From positions 3,727 through 67,726 of the forward strand of contig DMOI01000045.1 in assembly GCA_003452395.1 (NCBI GenBank): a DNA stretch of 64,000 bases, given 5' to 3'. This document shows positions 20,316 to 29,575 of this stretch, piece by piece. Positions within the stretch are counted from its first letter, which is position 1; every line of letters begins with the position of its first letter. The notes under the pieces were generated by a model. That model had not been told where the DNA came from. It searched no databases and worked only from the letters and a program-made list of their open reading frames with translations. A program made the position numbers and the translations under genes. Source of the DNA: Clostridiales bacterium. GTDB taxonomy: Bacteria; Bacillota; Clostridia; Lachnospirales; UBA12420.

Positions 20316-20666
20316 TTAAGAATTACTTTTCTTAAGTTGAGTATATAGCATCTTCGCAAGTCCAATTCCACCGTTTTCTGTAGCCTCTTTTGAGTACTGT
20401 GAATCTCTCATTTCCGTAAACATTGTTTCACCTTTACCTTTAGGAATCAAAGCATCTTCATTATCTTTACTTAATGTATTTCTCATTTCCTTCATCATTT
20501 GCTCAATAAAATAATTTTCAAATTGTTTACACGCCTCTTTAAGTTCCTCATCATTTTTTCCCTTTAGAGCGTCATCAGCCTTACTTTTCAAGCTATTTGT
20601 TTTTATACTATTACCTTGGCTAGTTGCCATATCTACAATACTGTTTATGCTTCCATCCATTTTCAT
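20316..20666 (-). CDS. rod-binding (FlgJ N-terminal-like) protein
   Basis: ACKQFENYFIEQMMKEMR matches the Rod_binding pattern. Start set to the Met after AAGGAG, which avoids overlap with dapF. Confidence 0.55.
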   Translation of the reverse strand: MKMDGSINSIVDMATSQGNSIKTNSLKSKADDALKGKNDEELKEACKQFENYFIEQMMKEMRNTLSKDNEDALIPKGKGETMFTEMRDSQYSKEATENGGIGLAKMLYTQLKKSNS

Positions 20667-20685
20667 AACTTCCAACTCCTTTTTA

Positions 20686-21510
20686 TCAAATTTCTCCCTC
20701 AAATACAGTTTTAGCAGGTCCACTCATAAATACGTGATTATTATCCGTCCACTCAAAATTTAGGACTCCTCCTAGTAGTTCCACTTCTATTTTTCTAGAT
20801 GTCTTACCATTTAATACACTAGCAACGGTACTCGCACAAGCAGCTGTCCCACAAGCTAAGGTTTCTCCTACTCCTCTTTCCCAAACTCTAACTCTTATTT
20901 TATCAACTGATATAACTTCTATAAATTCAACATTTGTTTTATTAGGAAACAATGTATGATTTTCTATCTTTCTGCCTATTTTCTCTACATCTATTTTATC
21001 GACATCTTCTACAAAAACTATAGCATGTGGATTTCCTGTAGATACTGCAGTTATCCTGTAAGCATTACCATCTATAATAAACTCCTCATCTATAACTATA
21101 TCTTTGTTAAAAATAATAGGAACATTTTCTGATTTCAATATCGGCTCACCCATATCTACTTTTACATTTTCTATTATACCATCTTTCACAATAAGTTCAA
21201 GCTTTTTTATACCACCTAAAGTTTCTATCAAAACCTCTTGTTTATTAGTCATTTTATTATCATATATGTATTTTCCTGTACATCTTATACCATTTCCACA
21301 CATTTCAGCTTCTGAACCATCCGCATTAAATATTCTCATGCGAAAATCAGCTGTATTTGACTCACATATTAAAATCAAGCCATCTGCACCTATTCCGAAA
21401 TGCCTATCACATTGCTTTATAGCAAGCTCGCTTGGTTTGTCTATTTTTTCATTTATATCATTTATCATAACAAAGTCATTTCCCAAACCATGCATTTTTG
21501 TAAACTTCAT
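20686..21510 (-). CDS. dapF: diaminopimelate epimerase
   Basis: KMHGLGNDF, plus catalytic Cys motifs MCGNG and CGT. Confidence 0.9.
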   Translation of the reverse strand: MKFTKMHGLGNDFVMINDINEKIDKPSELAIKQCDRHFGIGADGLILICESNTADFRMRIFNADGSEAEMCGNGIRCTGKYIYDNKMTNKQEVLIETLGGIKKLELIVKDGIIENVKVDMGEPILKSENVPIIFNKDIVIDEEFIIDGNAYRITAVSTGNPHAIVFVEDVDKIDVEKIGRKIENHTLFPNKTNVEFIEVISVDKIRVRVWERGVGETLACGTAACASTVASVLNGKTSRKIEVELLGGVLNFEWTDNNHVFMSGPAKTVFEGEI

Positions 21511-21561
21511 GAACATCACTCCCTTGTTTATTTCATATATCTAATTTTACCCTTAAACCAT

Positions 21562-21591
21562 AAAAAAAGCAAGACTTTTTTTCTTGCTTTT
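21562..21591 (-). terminator. terminator after rluB
   Basis: GCAAGA-N7-TCTTGC with flanking A and T runs. Confidence 0.65.
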
Positions 21592-21610
21592 GGAAATTAT
21601 TGGTTTTTAT

Positions 21611-22333
21611 TTAGGTCAGCTTTTGTTTTAAATATTCAAGTTCCCTCGCTGTGAGCATCCTGTACTCTCCAACTGGCAATTCTCCTAGTTTCAGGTTACC
21701 TATAGATATTCTTTCGAGTTTGATTACCTCATGTCCAATCTTTTCACACATTTTCCTTACTTGTCTATTCCTACCTTCATGTATTGTTATCATTAATTCA
21801 CAGTTTTTATCAAATATTTTATTAACACTTACTTTTGCAGGCTGTGTTTTTTTACCATCTATACTCACACCTTTTCTCATTTGCTCTAACTTTTCTTCAG
21901 TTGGTATTTCTTTTACCTTTGCTAGGTAAGTCTTTGCTATTTCCTTACTTGGGTGAGTTAGTTTATATGTCAAGTCTCCATCATTCGTAATCAAAAGTAG
22001 CCCTGTCGTATCGTAATCTAGCCTACCCACTGGATATACCCTTTGTTTGACTTTTTTGAGCAAACTAAGTACACTCGGTCTATCAAATTGATCTTTTGCT
22101 GTTGTTACATACTTTGCAGGTTTATTCATAATTATATATATATGTGCCGTTGCTACCTTAACTGGCCTTCCCTCGCAAGTCACATTAACTTGTTGTGGGT
22201 CTACCTTTGTCCCAAGCTCCATAATCTTTTTTCCATTCACTATAACCTTACCTGCAAGTATCAACTCTTCAGCTTTTCTCCGAGATGCTACTCCCGCATC
22301 AGCCAAAAATTTTTGCAACCTCACTTCACCCAT
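21611..22333 (-). CDS. rluB: rRNA pseudouridine synthase (RluB/RsuA family)
   Basis: S4 domain RLQKFLADAGVASRR plus the catalytic motif GRLDYDTTGLL. Confidence 0.85.
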   Translation of the reverse strand: MGEVRLQKFLADAGVASRRKAEELILAGKVIVNGKKIMELGTKVDPQQVNVTCEGRPVKVATAHIYIIMNKPAKYVTTAKDQFDRPSVLSLLKKVKQRVYPVGRLDYDTTGLLLITNDGDLTYKLTHPSKEIAKTYLAKVKEIPTEEKLEQMRKGVSIDGKKTQPAKVSVNKIFDKNCELMITIHEGRNRQVRKMCEKIGHEVIKLERISIGNLKLGELPVGEYRMLTARELEYLKQKLT

Positions 22334-22793
22334 TTTTATTCTCCTCATCTTCGTCTTCTCTAACGAACAGCTTCAAATTGCTTACATCTTCATTCGGTTT
22401 ATTATATTTAGTCTCTGACTTATTTTTATACTCCTCATGTTCAGCAACTTTTTCATATACTGCATCTATTTTATATTTTATGTACTCATTATCTTTGTGT
22501 AGCACACCCACTTCATTAGCTAGCTTTTGATCTACTTCATCAATTTTTTTCGTTAGTTTTAATTCTACTCCATCAATTCTTTTCGTTAGCTTTTGATCTA
22601 CTTCATCAATTCTTTTCGTTAGTTTTAATTCTACTCCATCAATTCTTTCAGTCAATCTTTGCTCCATAGCATACATTTTTTCGTTAAGCTTCTTAATATC
22701 ATCCTTGATATCATTCTTAATATCGTCCCTTGCAACATTTACCTCTTCTTTCACTATAAATCTAATTTGCCTCAATAATTCGTTATTATCCAT
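22326..22793 (-). CDS. coiled-coil protein with 11-residue repeats
   Basis: Repeats KLTKRIDEVDQ / KLTKRIDGVEL encoded by a 66-bp tandem duplication. Start after GAGGAGG. Confidence 0.6.
   Translation of the reverse strand: MDNNELLRQIRFIVKEEVNVARDDIKNDIKDDIKKLNEKMYAMEQRLTERIDGVELKLTKRIDEVDQKLTKRIDGVELKLTKKIDEVDQKLANEVGVLHKDNEYIKYKIDAVYEKVAEHEEYKNKSETKYNKPNEDVSNLKLFVREDEDEENKNG
22522..22650. repeat. 66-bp tandem duplication (two 33-bp subunits each) within a coding region
   Basis: AGCTTTTGATCTACTTCATCAATT...TTCGTT occurs twice in a row. Confidence 0.75.
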
Positions 22794-22844
22794 CTTTAAT
22801 AGCCTCCTCAAAATTTATTATCCTTATTCTTGTATTTTATTGCA

Positions 22845-23396
22845 TTATATATAATCTTTGATCAATTCTAATAATTCATCCCAATTTTTAACTTCAAGAC
22901 CTGTCCAATGTTCCGATACATCATATTTCTTATCAGTCAGACATATTTTTACTTTTGCATTTACTTCATCTAAGTTATTTGCATTATCATCTATAAAAAT
23001 ATAGTCTTCCATGTTTAATAGGGATTTACTTACATTCGTTATAAACATACTTCCTTTTACAAATGGTAATTTATCATGAATAAATTTTGCTTTAATAATG
23101 TGATTATGATATGAACCAATTGTGCAGATTATTACCTCTGTCTTTTCACAAAGATACTTTATCCCCTCAAGTGCACCTTCTTTCATATTTATTTCACTAT
23201 AAAAATCCTCTCTTTCGACAAGTTCCCATACATCTCTTATTAACGGGAATACATCTTTCCAATTATAGCAATACATATCTTCAAATTTTACTTTTTTATA
23301 TCCTTCTTTATCTTTATAATGCTCATTATACAAATCTACTGCCCGCTTTTTTGTTTCAACAATTACTTCATCAAAATCAAGTATTATTCCTTTCAT
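22845..23396 (-). CDS. HAD-family 5'(3')-deoxyribonucleotidase-like protein
   Basis: DFDEV (DxDxV) nucleophile motif at the N-terminus and FIDD near the C-terminus. Confidence 0.6.
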   Translation of the reverse strand: MKGIILDFDEVIVETKKRAVDLYNEHYKDKEGYKKVKFEDMYCYNWKDVFPLIRDVWELVEREDFYSEINMKEGALEGIKYLCEKTEVIICTIGSYHNHIIKAKFIHDKLPFVKGSMFITNVSKSLLNMEDYIFIDDNANNLDEVNAKVKICLTDKKYDVSEHWTGLEVKNWDELLELIKDYI

Positions 23397-23412
23397 AACT
23401 CTATCATCACCT

Positions 23413-23805
23413 CTACAATTTATACCCATGTGGGAATAGTTCCTTTAGCGTATACACTTTTATATTTCCATCTTTATCTTCTAATATTATCTCCACATTT
23501 TCTGACATGAATTCGTACATTACCTGTCTACATATCCCACATGGAAAAGTCTCATCACCTAAGCTTGAAACTACTGCTACCGCTACAAAATCGTGATTTC
23601 CATCTGTTATAGCTTCAAATATGGCATCTCTCTCTGCACATACTAAAGATCCGAAAGACTTTGATTCTATGTTACACCCTTTGTAAATTTCCCCATTTTC
23701 AGTTAAAATAGCCGAACCTACTTTCAACTTTGTGACAGGTGCATAGGCTTTTTGCATTTCTTCTTTTGCTATATCAATAAGCTTTCTTCTAATTTGATCA
23801 TTCAT
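23413..23805 (-). CDS. cdd: cytidine deaminase (homotetrameric type)
   Basis: 130 aa with CAERDAIF and PCGICRQVM zinc ligand motifs. Confidence 0.9.
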   Translation of the reverse strand: MNDQIRRKLIDIAKEEMQKAYAPVTKLKVGSAILTENGEIYKGCNIESKSFGSLVCAERDAIFEAITDGNHDFVAVAVVSSLGDETFPCGICRQVMYEFMSENVEIILEDKDGNIKVYTLKELFPHGYKL

Positions 23806-23806
23806 A

Positions 23807-24391
23807 TTATACCTCTTTCATTTCAAGTAACTTTGCTATATCAGCTTTTGCCTCATCAAAACTATCTGTATATATATCTATCACTTTTATATTTTCTGTT
23901 AAAGATTTTATTTCATTCATTACCTCATCATAAACATGTTGTTGTTTTGTACTATTTTCTATATTAAACATTAATGCGTGGTGACTCGGTTTGCCGCCTC
24001 TCTCCATTCTCTCAGCAAAAAGATTTACATCCCTTATTTTTAAATTAAAAAGATATATATCAAAATCTGCTAAATCTATCTTTGTAATTAGACTTTTAAA
24101 AACTTTACTATAATCATAACTCCTATATCCTAACCTACAATAAACATATTCTGTTATAAATATTCTATCGAATAACAGATTAACACCACAATCTTCCATC
24201 ATAGCTACGTAGTTTACCAGATTTTTATACATTATTTCTGAGCGTTTTCTAGCCTCTTCCTCTGTTTTGTATTTACTCCCTGTGAGTCTATATAAATTTG
24301 TATAAACTATTTTTTCCCTCAACCAATTTGTAAGTCCTGTTTTACCTACCCCCTGTGGTCCTTCTAAAATTATTAATTTTTCTTTTGCCAT
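23807..24391 (-). CDS. P-loop nucleoside/nucleotide kinase-like protein
   Basis: Walker A GPQGVGKT. Size and layout resemble dNK/dTMP-kinase. Its stop lies 1 nt from the cdd start. Confidence 0.55.
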   Translation of the reverse strand: MAKEKLIILEGPQGVGKTGLTNWLREKIVYTNLYRLTGSKYKTEEEARKRSEIMYKNLVNYVAMMEDCGVNLLFDRIFITEYVYCRLGYRSYDYSKVFKSLITKIDLADFDIYLFNLKIRDVNLFAERMERGGKPSHHALMFNIENSTKQQHVYDEVMNEIKSLTENIKVIDIYTDSFDEAKADIAKLLEMKEV

Positions 24392-24468
24392 AACAATAGC
24401 CTCCTCTTTTGTTTTTCCGAGATCCCTCAGTCACTATCGTGCCAACTCCCTTATCAAGGAGCCGTTTC

Positions 24469-25626
24469 TCATTCTTTGATTATCTTAATCTCATTTGGCA
24501 CTATACTAATCCACGTCTTACCTTTGTTTAGTACAAGCGATTTGCCATCTTCATATGTATATTCTACTTCGGCTTTATGATTTGATTTTGACCATTTTAT
24601 AGGTATAATCTTTCCATTAGTTAGGTATAAAGCTTCTCCGTCAGACACTGTATCTATATTTTTTCTTCCATATGAGTCATTTTTAATTGGACTAACTTTT
24701 GAATATTGTATTATTACATTAGTGAACTCCAATTGCTTGCCTGTGTCTGCATCAATGTGAGGTGCAGCAAATTGGAAACGTTTATATGTATCAGAACTTT
24801 CATTATATTCAAAAACTGATTTTTGATAATAAGAATATGGTATAGTAATCTTTGTACACAAACCCCAATCATCAGTATTTAATATTTCATCACTAAACTT
24901 AAACATTGGTTTATAATCTTCATCATTTTCCACTTCATACTTTGCTAGTTTCCATGCAGCTTTTATCTTTTTCCCGCTTGTGTATGCACTATGTTCTAGT
25001 CCACTTGACTTTTGTCTTTCCTTATCTCTCCACGTCATTATAGCCTCATATTTAGGATTAATACCGTCTATACTCGGTACATCAAGGTCCGCTATAGCCT
25101 CTGTTGCTTGATCACTATGACCAAAATGAACATATATTGCATCATTATCAAATGCATAATCCATAAAATAATGCCTTGCACTTCTTATAGGACCTATCTT
25201 GTCCACATTTAAGTCTTGAAAAATGGCCATAAGTCTTACAAACTCTCCCTCAACAGGTACTTCATATATTATATCTGCTTTAGAAATACCACTTTGTGGT
25301 GTTGCCTTTTTATGATTATTTATCATAACTGCAACCGCACGTTTTTTGAGTTCGTCTTTATCTATAGGTAGTCCCGAAAGTGGACTTACGCTCTTTTCTT
25401 TATTATCACCTGTTTCACCTTTATCATTTGTGTCACCTTTATCATTTGTATTCTCATTTACAATATCAGACTTTTCATCCAAATTAACAAATGCAGGTTT
25501 TGCATCAAACTGACTTGCTACCACCCAACCTATTCCGAAAATAGCTATCAAAAATATTATTAATTTTTTATAATTAATTTTAGTTTTTACACTGTTCTGA
25601 CTAGTTTTCTGTATTTTTCTTTTCAT
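24469..25626 (-). CDS. DUF3048 (YerB-like) secreted/membrane-anchored protein
   Basis: Signal anchor followed by PLSGLP...AVMINN...IYEVPVEGE, typical of DUF3048. Confidence 0.7.
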   Translation of the reverse strand: MKRKIQKTSQNSVKTKINYKKLIIFLIAIFGIGWVVASQFDAKPAFVNLDEKSDIVNENTNDKGDTNDKGETGDNKEKSVSPLSGLPIDKDELKKRAVAVMINNHKKATPQSGISKADIIYEVPVEGEFVRLMAIFQDLNVDKIGPIRSARHYFMDYAFDNDAIYVHFGHSDQATEAIADLDVPSIDGINPKYEAIMTWRDKERQKSSGLEHSAYTSGKKIKAAWKLAKYEVENDEDYKPMFKFSDEILNTDDWGLCTKITIPYSYYQKSVFEYNESSDTYKRFQFAAPHIDADTGKQLEFTNVIIQYSKVSPIKNDSYGRKNIDTVSDGEALYLTNGKIIPIKWSKSNHKAEVEYTYEDGKSLVLNKGKTWISIVPNEIKIIKE

Positions 25627-25669
25627 TTTACCCCCCATAAATCTCAGTTAAATTATTTAATTCCTTCAC

Positions 25670-25839
25670 CGTAGGGGCCGTGCATATGTGCCGGCCCGTC
25701 TTGGGCGTACTATAAATTATAATATAACCTATTATTATAACAACTTTTTTTATCTTTTTTTCTCATATCTCATGCTTATCAACTACATTTAATTCGTTGG
25801 CTATTCAGGACGGGCTGGCACATAGGCACAGCCCCTACG
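25670..25839. repeat. MITE-like element with about 31-bp GC-rich terminal inverted repeats
   Basis: CGTAGGGGCCGTGCATATGTGCCGGCCCGTC ... GACGGGCTGGCACATAGGCACAGCCCCTACG flanking about 108 bp of AT-rich DNA. Confidence 0.75.
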
Positions 25840-25883
25840 TTTAGATAAGAGGTATCTCTATTCTTGAACCTTAACACCTTTTC

Positions 25884-26591
25884 TTAGCTAAACACCTGAA
25901 ATATAAGTACGGTAACTAGCGTTCCTAGTGCTGCACCAGCAATAACCTGTAGTATACTATGTATTTTACCCTCTACCCTGCTCTGTGCAACTAGAAAAGC
26001 TAAGAAATATGCTAGACTTATAACTAAAACACTCTTTCCTTTATCTACAAAGCATATCGCAGTAGCTATTGCAAATGATATCGAGCTATGCCCACTCGGC
26101 ATTCCGCCACGCAAAAATCTTGTATATCCTGTAAATGCTTTTATACCAACCGTTAACACTAAAACTATAAGTATTGCGATTAGCGTTATATAATAATTCA
26201 TTTGGCTAATCTTTTGGAATAGATTTATAGAGTGTTTAGCTATTTTTGTATAAAATAATACATATCCAACTAATACTGCACACAAAGTCGCCACGAACAC
26301 AGCTCCAGCTGCTACATCTTTAGCTTTTTTAGCTAATGCATGCCTACTTTTTCCACAAACCAAATCCACAACGCACTCAATAGAAGTATTTACAAGCTCC
26401 ATACAAATTACTAGAGCTAAAGTAAATATCAGTATCAAAAGCTCTGTGGTTGAAAAATTAAAGAATAGTGCAAGCACAAGCACAATTAGCGATGAGATTA
26501 AATGTATCCTCAAGTTTCTTTCTGTTCTTATAGCTCTTACAACACCAAGCAGTGCATTATTAAAACTATCAAACAAACTTTTGTTTTTCAT
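25884..26591 (-). CDS. fusion of DgkA-type (diacylglycerol/undecaprenol) kinase with PAP2 phosphatase
   Basis: N-terminal half matches DgkA (RTERNLRIH...ELVNTSIE...AKD.AAGAV). C-terminal half has the PAP2 motifs PSGH and SRV..K.H. Confidence 0.8.
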   Translation of the reverse strand: MKNKSLFDSFNNALLGVVRAIRTERNLRIHLISSLIVLVLALFFNFSTTELLILIFTLALVICMELVNTSIECVVDLVCGKSRHALAKKAKDVAAGAVFVATLCAVLVGYVLFYTKIAKHSINLFQKISQMNYYITLIAILIVLVLTVGIKAFTGYTRFLRGGMPSGHSSISFAIATAICFVDKGKSVLVISLAYFLAFLVAQSRVEGKIHSILQVIAGAALGTLVTVLIFQVFS

Positions 26592-27046
26592 CTATCTAAA
26601 CCTACTCTCACTAAAATATCTTCTTGCCTTTTAAACATTTCCTCTTCATCTTCTTTGTTTTCATGATCGTATTCTAAAAGATGTAACATGCTATGTACAG
26701 TAAGAAACCCGATTTCTCTTTTAAACTCGTGTCCATACTCATTTGCTTGCTCACGAGCTTTATCTAAAGATATTACAATGTCTCCAAGCATGATTTCTTT
26801 TGTTTCGGGATTCTCATCACCTAAAGGAAATGACAAAACATCAGTAATCTTATCTTTATCTCTATACTGATTATTTAGCATTTTTATTTCATCATTTGTT
26901 ACAAACGAGAGGCTTATCTCCACATTTTGAGTATAATTCTCGTATACTAAAGTCTCAGTTATAACATTTTCTATTATACTTTTTATATCTTCACCAATCT
27001 CACAGTCCGTTCTATTATCATAAAAAATCGTCAAATCAAACCACAC
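26588..27046 (-). CDS. ybeY: rRNA maturation endoribonuclease YbeY
   Basis: HSMLHLLEYDH zinc-binding motif, 152 aa. Confidence 0.9.
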   Translation of the reverse strand: MWFDLTIFYDNRTDCEIGEDIKSIIENVITETLVYENYTQNVEISLSFVTNDEIKMLNNQYRDKDKITDVLSFPLGDENPETKEIMLGDIVISLDKAREQANEYGHEFKREIGFLTVHSMLHLLEYDHENKEDEEEMFKRQEDILVRVGLDR

Positions 27047-27153
27047 TCCCAGAAAAATACAAATAAATGTTAAACAAATATTTGTTTTATTATAACAAAA
27101 AAAGAAGACATCTGCAAGTGCAAATACCTTATTTTTAATTTTTTAAATTATAA

Positions 27154-28377
27154 TTATGGCACATCTTTCGTTTCAGAGGTTTCAGGCGTTTCTGTATTTT
27201 CGATTGTTTTATTTTGACCTATTTTCTCAATTAACACTGCAATTCCATTTACCATTATTCTCTTTCCTTTAAAACCATAATCAAACCTGACATCTATTAT
27301 TCTTGTATCATCTGATACTTCCAAAGATATATTTTCATATATTTTTTTTTGAAGTCTTCTTTTCGCCTCATCTATCGTATATATCGTCTTTTCAAGTCTA
27401 TACTCTGCATACTCATTTAATACAAACCCAAACTTATTTTCTTTAATAAATGGATCAAGTGATATATATCTTTCTTTTTTTTCAAAAAGACTATTTTGTG
27501 GTCTTGTCTTTATAAAATCAAACTTTCCAAAATGTAAATCTAGTTGCAATTCTCTATAAACATTTCCCGTATAAGTTTTTTTAGCAACCTCGAGTTCTTG
27601 TTCTTCTTTTATAAATAAATACATTTTTCCTTCTATCTTTGCATTTGCATGTACATATTTTTTTAGTATTTCCCCATCTTTTTCTACATCTATCTCTCCA
27701 CTAACTAAAATATCACCCTCATTTACAACATCCTTTGCTTTTACCTTTGGTACACCACTTAGTGTTACTATATCATGTATTATAGCTTTTTTATCTGCTA
27801 CTATATCACATGGTGTACTTTCTAGTGATTCAGAAGTTTTTACCACAGTTTCAACGATGTCAATATTCACACTAGTTCCTTTTTGATATATATTTAGCCA
27901 TGCTATATCTCCTATCTCTCTATAAAGTGAATTTACTACATTATCATAGTTTATTACAAATTCGGGCTTGCCTTTACTAAGTCCTGCAGCTTTTGCCACT
28001 GCCAAAATCTTTTCATCATCTATTCTTTCTGTCCCATAAACATTAATATCTAGTACTATATTAGATAAAATCATTAGTACTGTAAGCGTTAAAAATATTC
28101 CAATAACAAAGATTTTTCTTCCTCTATATTTATTAATCAAAAATGGCAATCCGTACTTTTTTATGATTTTTACTTTGGTATGTGTACCTTTTAAGATGCT
28201 CTTTATCCTCCAAAAATCCGTAAGAGAAATATTCATTTCGATATAGTTACTTTTTAATATTATCCGCCATAATAGAATGGAGCTGGTTGCAAATCTATTT
28301 ATAATTTTTTCTCTTTGGAACCCAAATATTCTTATTCTAACGTATCCTCTAAAGAACTTCGGTATATTGTAAGACAT
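27154..28377 (-). CDS. yqfD: sporulation protein YqfD
   Basis: 407 aa with one central TM. Positioned after yqfC as in Bacillus. Confidence 0.8.
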   Translation of the reverse strand: MSYNIPKFFRGYVRIRIFGFQREKIINRFATSSILLWRIILKSNYIEMNISLTDFWRIKSILKGTHTKVKIIKKYGLPFLINKYRGRKIFVIGIFLTLTVLMILSNIVLDINVYGTERIDDEKILAVAKAAGLSKGKPEFVINYDNVVNSLYREIGDIAWLNIYQKGTSVNIDIVETVVKTSESLESTPCDIVADKKAIIHDIVTLSGVPKVKAKDVVNEGDILVSGEIDVEKDGEILKKYVHANAKIEGKMYLFIKEEQELEVAKKTYTGNVYRELQLDLHFGKFDFIKTRPQNSLFEKKERYISLDPFIKENKFGFVLNEYAEYRLEKTIYTIDEAKRRLQKKIYENISLEVSDDTRIIDVRFDYGFKGKRIMVNGIAVLIEKIGQNKTIENTETPETSETKDVP

Positions 28378-28389
28378 ATATGTACACCT

Positions 28390-28656
28390 CTAACTTCCAT
28401 ATTGTATATTTTTTATAATTCCGGTTATGAAAATTTCATCTTTCCTTATGTACTTAATATTCATGTTTTTACCACTTATCTTCACATGACCTATCTTAGT
28501 ATTTATCCTTATTGTATCAGGCTTATAATCTAGTACTGCTTTATAATTTTCTATAACAATTTCTTCATTCCCGACAATGGTAGCAAGAGGAATGTTAAGA
28601 AATGTCTCTTTTGGTATGTCAACAGCACTATATATTTTTTTCTTCAAACTTTCCAT
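28390..28656 (-). CDS. yqfC: sporulation protein YqfC (YabP family)
   Basis: 88 aa with a YabP-like beta pattern. Directly precedes yqfD. Confidence 0.8.
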   Translation of the reverse strand: MESLKKKIYSAVDIPKETFLNIPLATIVGNEEIVIENYKAVLDYKPDTIRINTKIGHVKISGKNMNIKYIRKDEIFITGIIKNIQYGS

Positions 28657-28724
28657 GTCATCCCCCCGAGCGAATATAAGTAAAAGTTTTTTCTGCTTAC
28701 TATATTTAGTTTATTCCAACAAAA

Positions 28725-28753
28725 CAAAAAAATGCAAGTAAACAGCACTTGCA
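28725..28753 (-). terminator. terminator after sigG
   Basis: TGCAAGT-N7-ACTTGCA followed by a T-run in the minus orientation. Confidence 0.6.
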
Positions 28754-28782
28754 CTTTATAAAATATTTTCTAGCACTCACAT

Positions 28783-29556
28783 TTAACTTATATTTCTTTT
28801 TATCTTATCCAAAGCATTTTTCTCAAGTCTTGATACTTGAGCCTGTGATATTCCTATTTCATCCGCGACTTCCATCTGAGTTTTCCCTTTGAAAAATCTC
28901 AGTGTTATTATGTTCTTCTCTCTTCCTTTTAATTTTTTTATACTTTCCCTTAATGCAAGAGAGTCTATCCAATTTTCTGCTAGATTTTTTTCGTCTTTAA
29001 CTTGATCTACAACATATATCGCATCACCACCATCATTATATATAGGTTCGTACAACGAAACTGTGTCCTGTATTGACTCTAAAGCAAATACAACTTCCTC
29101 TTTAGGGACACCTATCTCTTTTGCTATATATTCAATGGTTGGTTCTTCCATATTTTTATTTATAAAATCCTCCTTTATCTTATATGTTTTGTAAGCAATG
29201 TCCTTAAGTGACCTACTTACCCTTATCGAACTATTATCCCTTAGATATCGCTTAATCTCTCCTATTATCATAGGAACCGCATAAGTAGAAAACTTAACAT
29301 CTTGAGATAAGTCAAAGTTGTCAATAGCCTTTATAAGTCCAATACACCCAACTTGAAATAAATCATCAAGATTTTCGCCCCTATTATTAAATCTTTTAAC
29401 CACACTTAAAACTAATTTCAAATTTCCTTTTATATACTTTTCTCTTGCAAAAATATTGCCTTCTTTTGCTCTAACTAACAAATCGTATTTTTCATTTTTC
29501 TTTAATACTTCGAGTTCAGAGGTGTTAATGCCACAAATTTCTACCTTCCTTATCAT
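28783..29556 (-). CDS. sigG: RNA polymerase sporulation sigma factor SigG
   Basis: MIRKVEICGINTSELEVLK aligns to the Bacillus SigG N-terminus. Sigma-70 regions 2-4 are present. AGGTGGTGA RBS. The track extension is translated repeat. Confidence 0.9.
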   Translation of the reverse strand: MIRKVEICGINTSELEVLKKNEKYDLLVRAKEGNIFAREKYIKGNLKLVLSVVKRFNNRGENLDDLFQVGCIGLIKAIDNFDLSQDVKFSTYAVPMIIGEIKRYLRDNSSIRVSRSLKDIAYKTYKIKEDFINKNMEEPTIEYIAKEIGVPKEEVVFALESIQDTVSLYEPIYNDGGDAIYVVDQVKDEKNLAENWIDSLALRESIKKLKGREKNIITLRFFKGKTQMEVADEIGISQAQVSRLEKNALDKIKRNIS

Positions 29557-29575
29557 CTTATCACCACCTAGCATG

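Noticed and set aside
20316-20723. Isolated FlgJ-like rod-binding gene as evidence of a flagellar locus
   Set aside because: No other flagellar genes lie nearby. The short Rod_binding-like motif alone does not justify calling a motility system.
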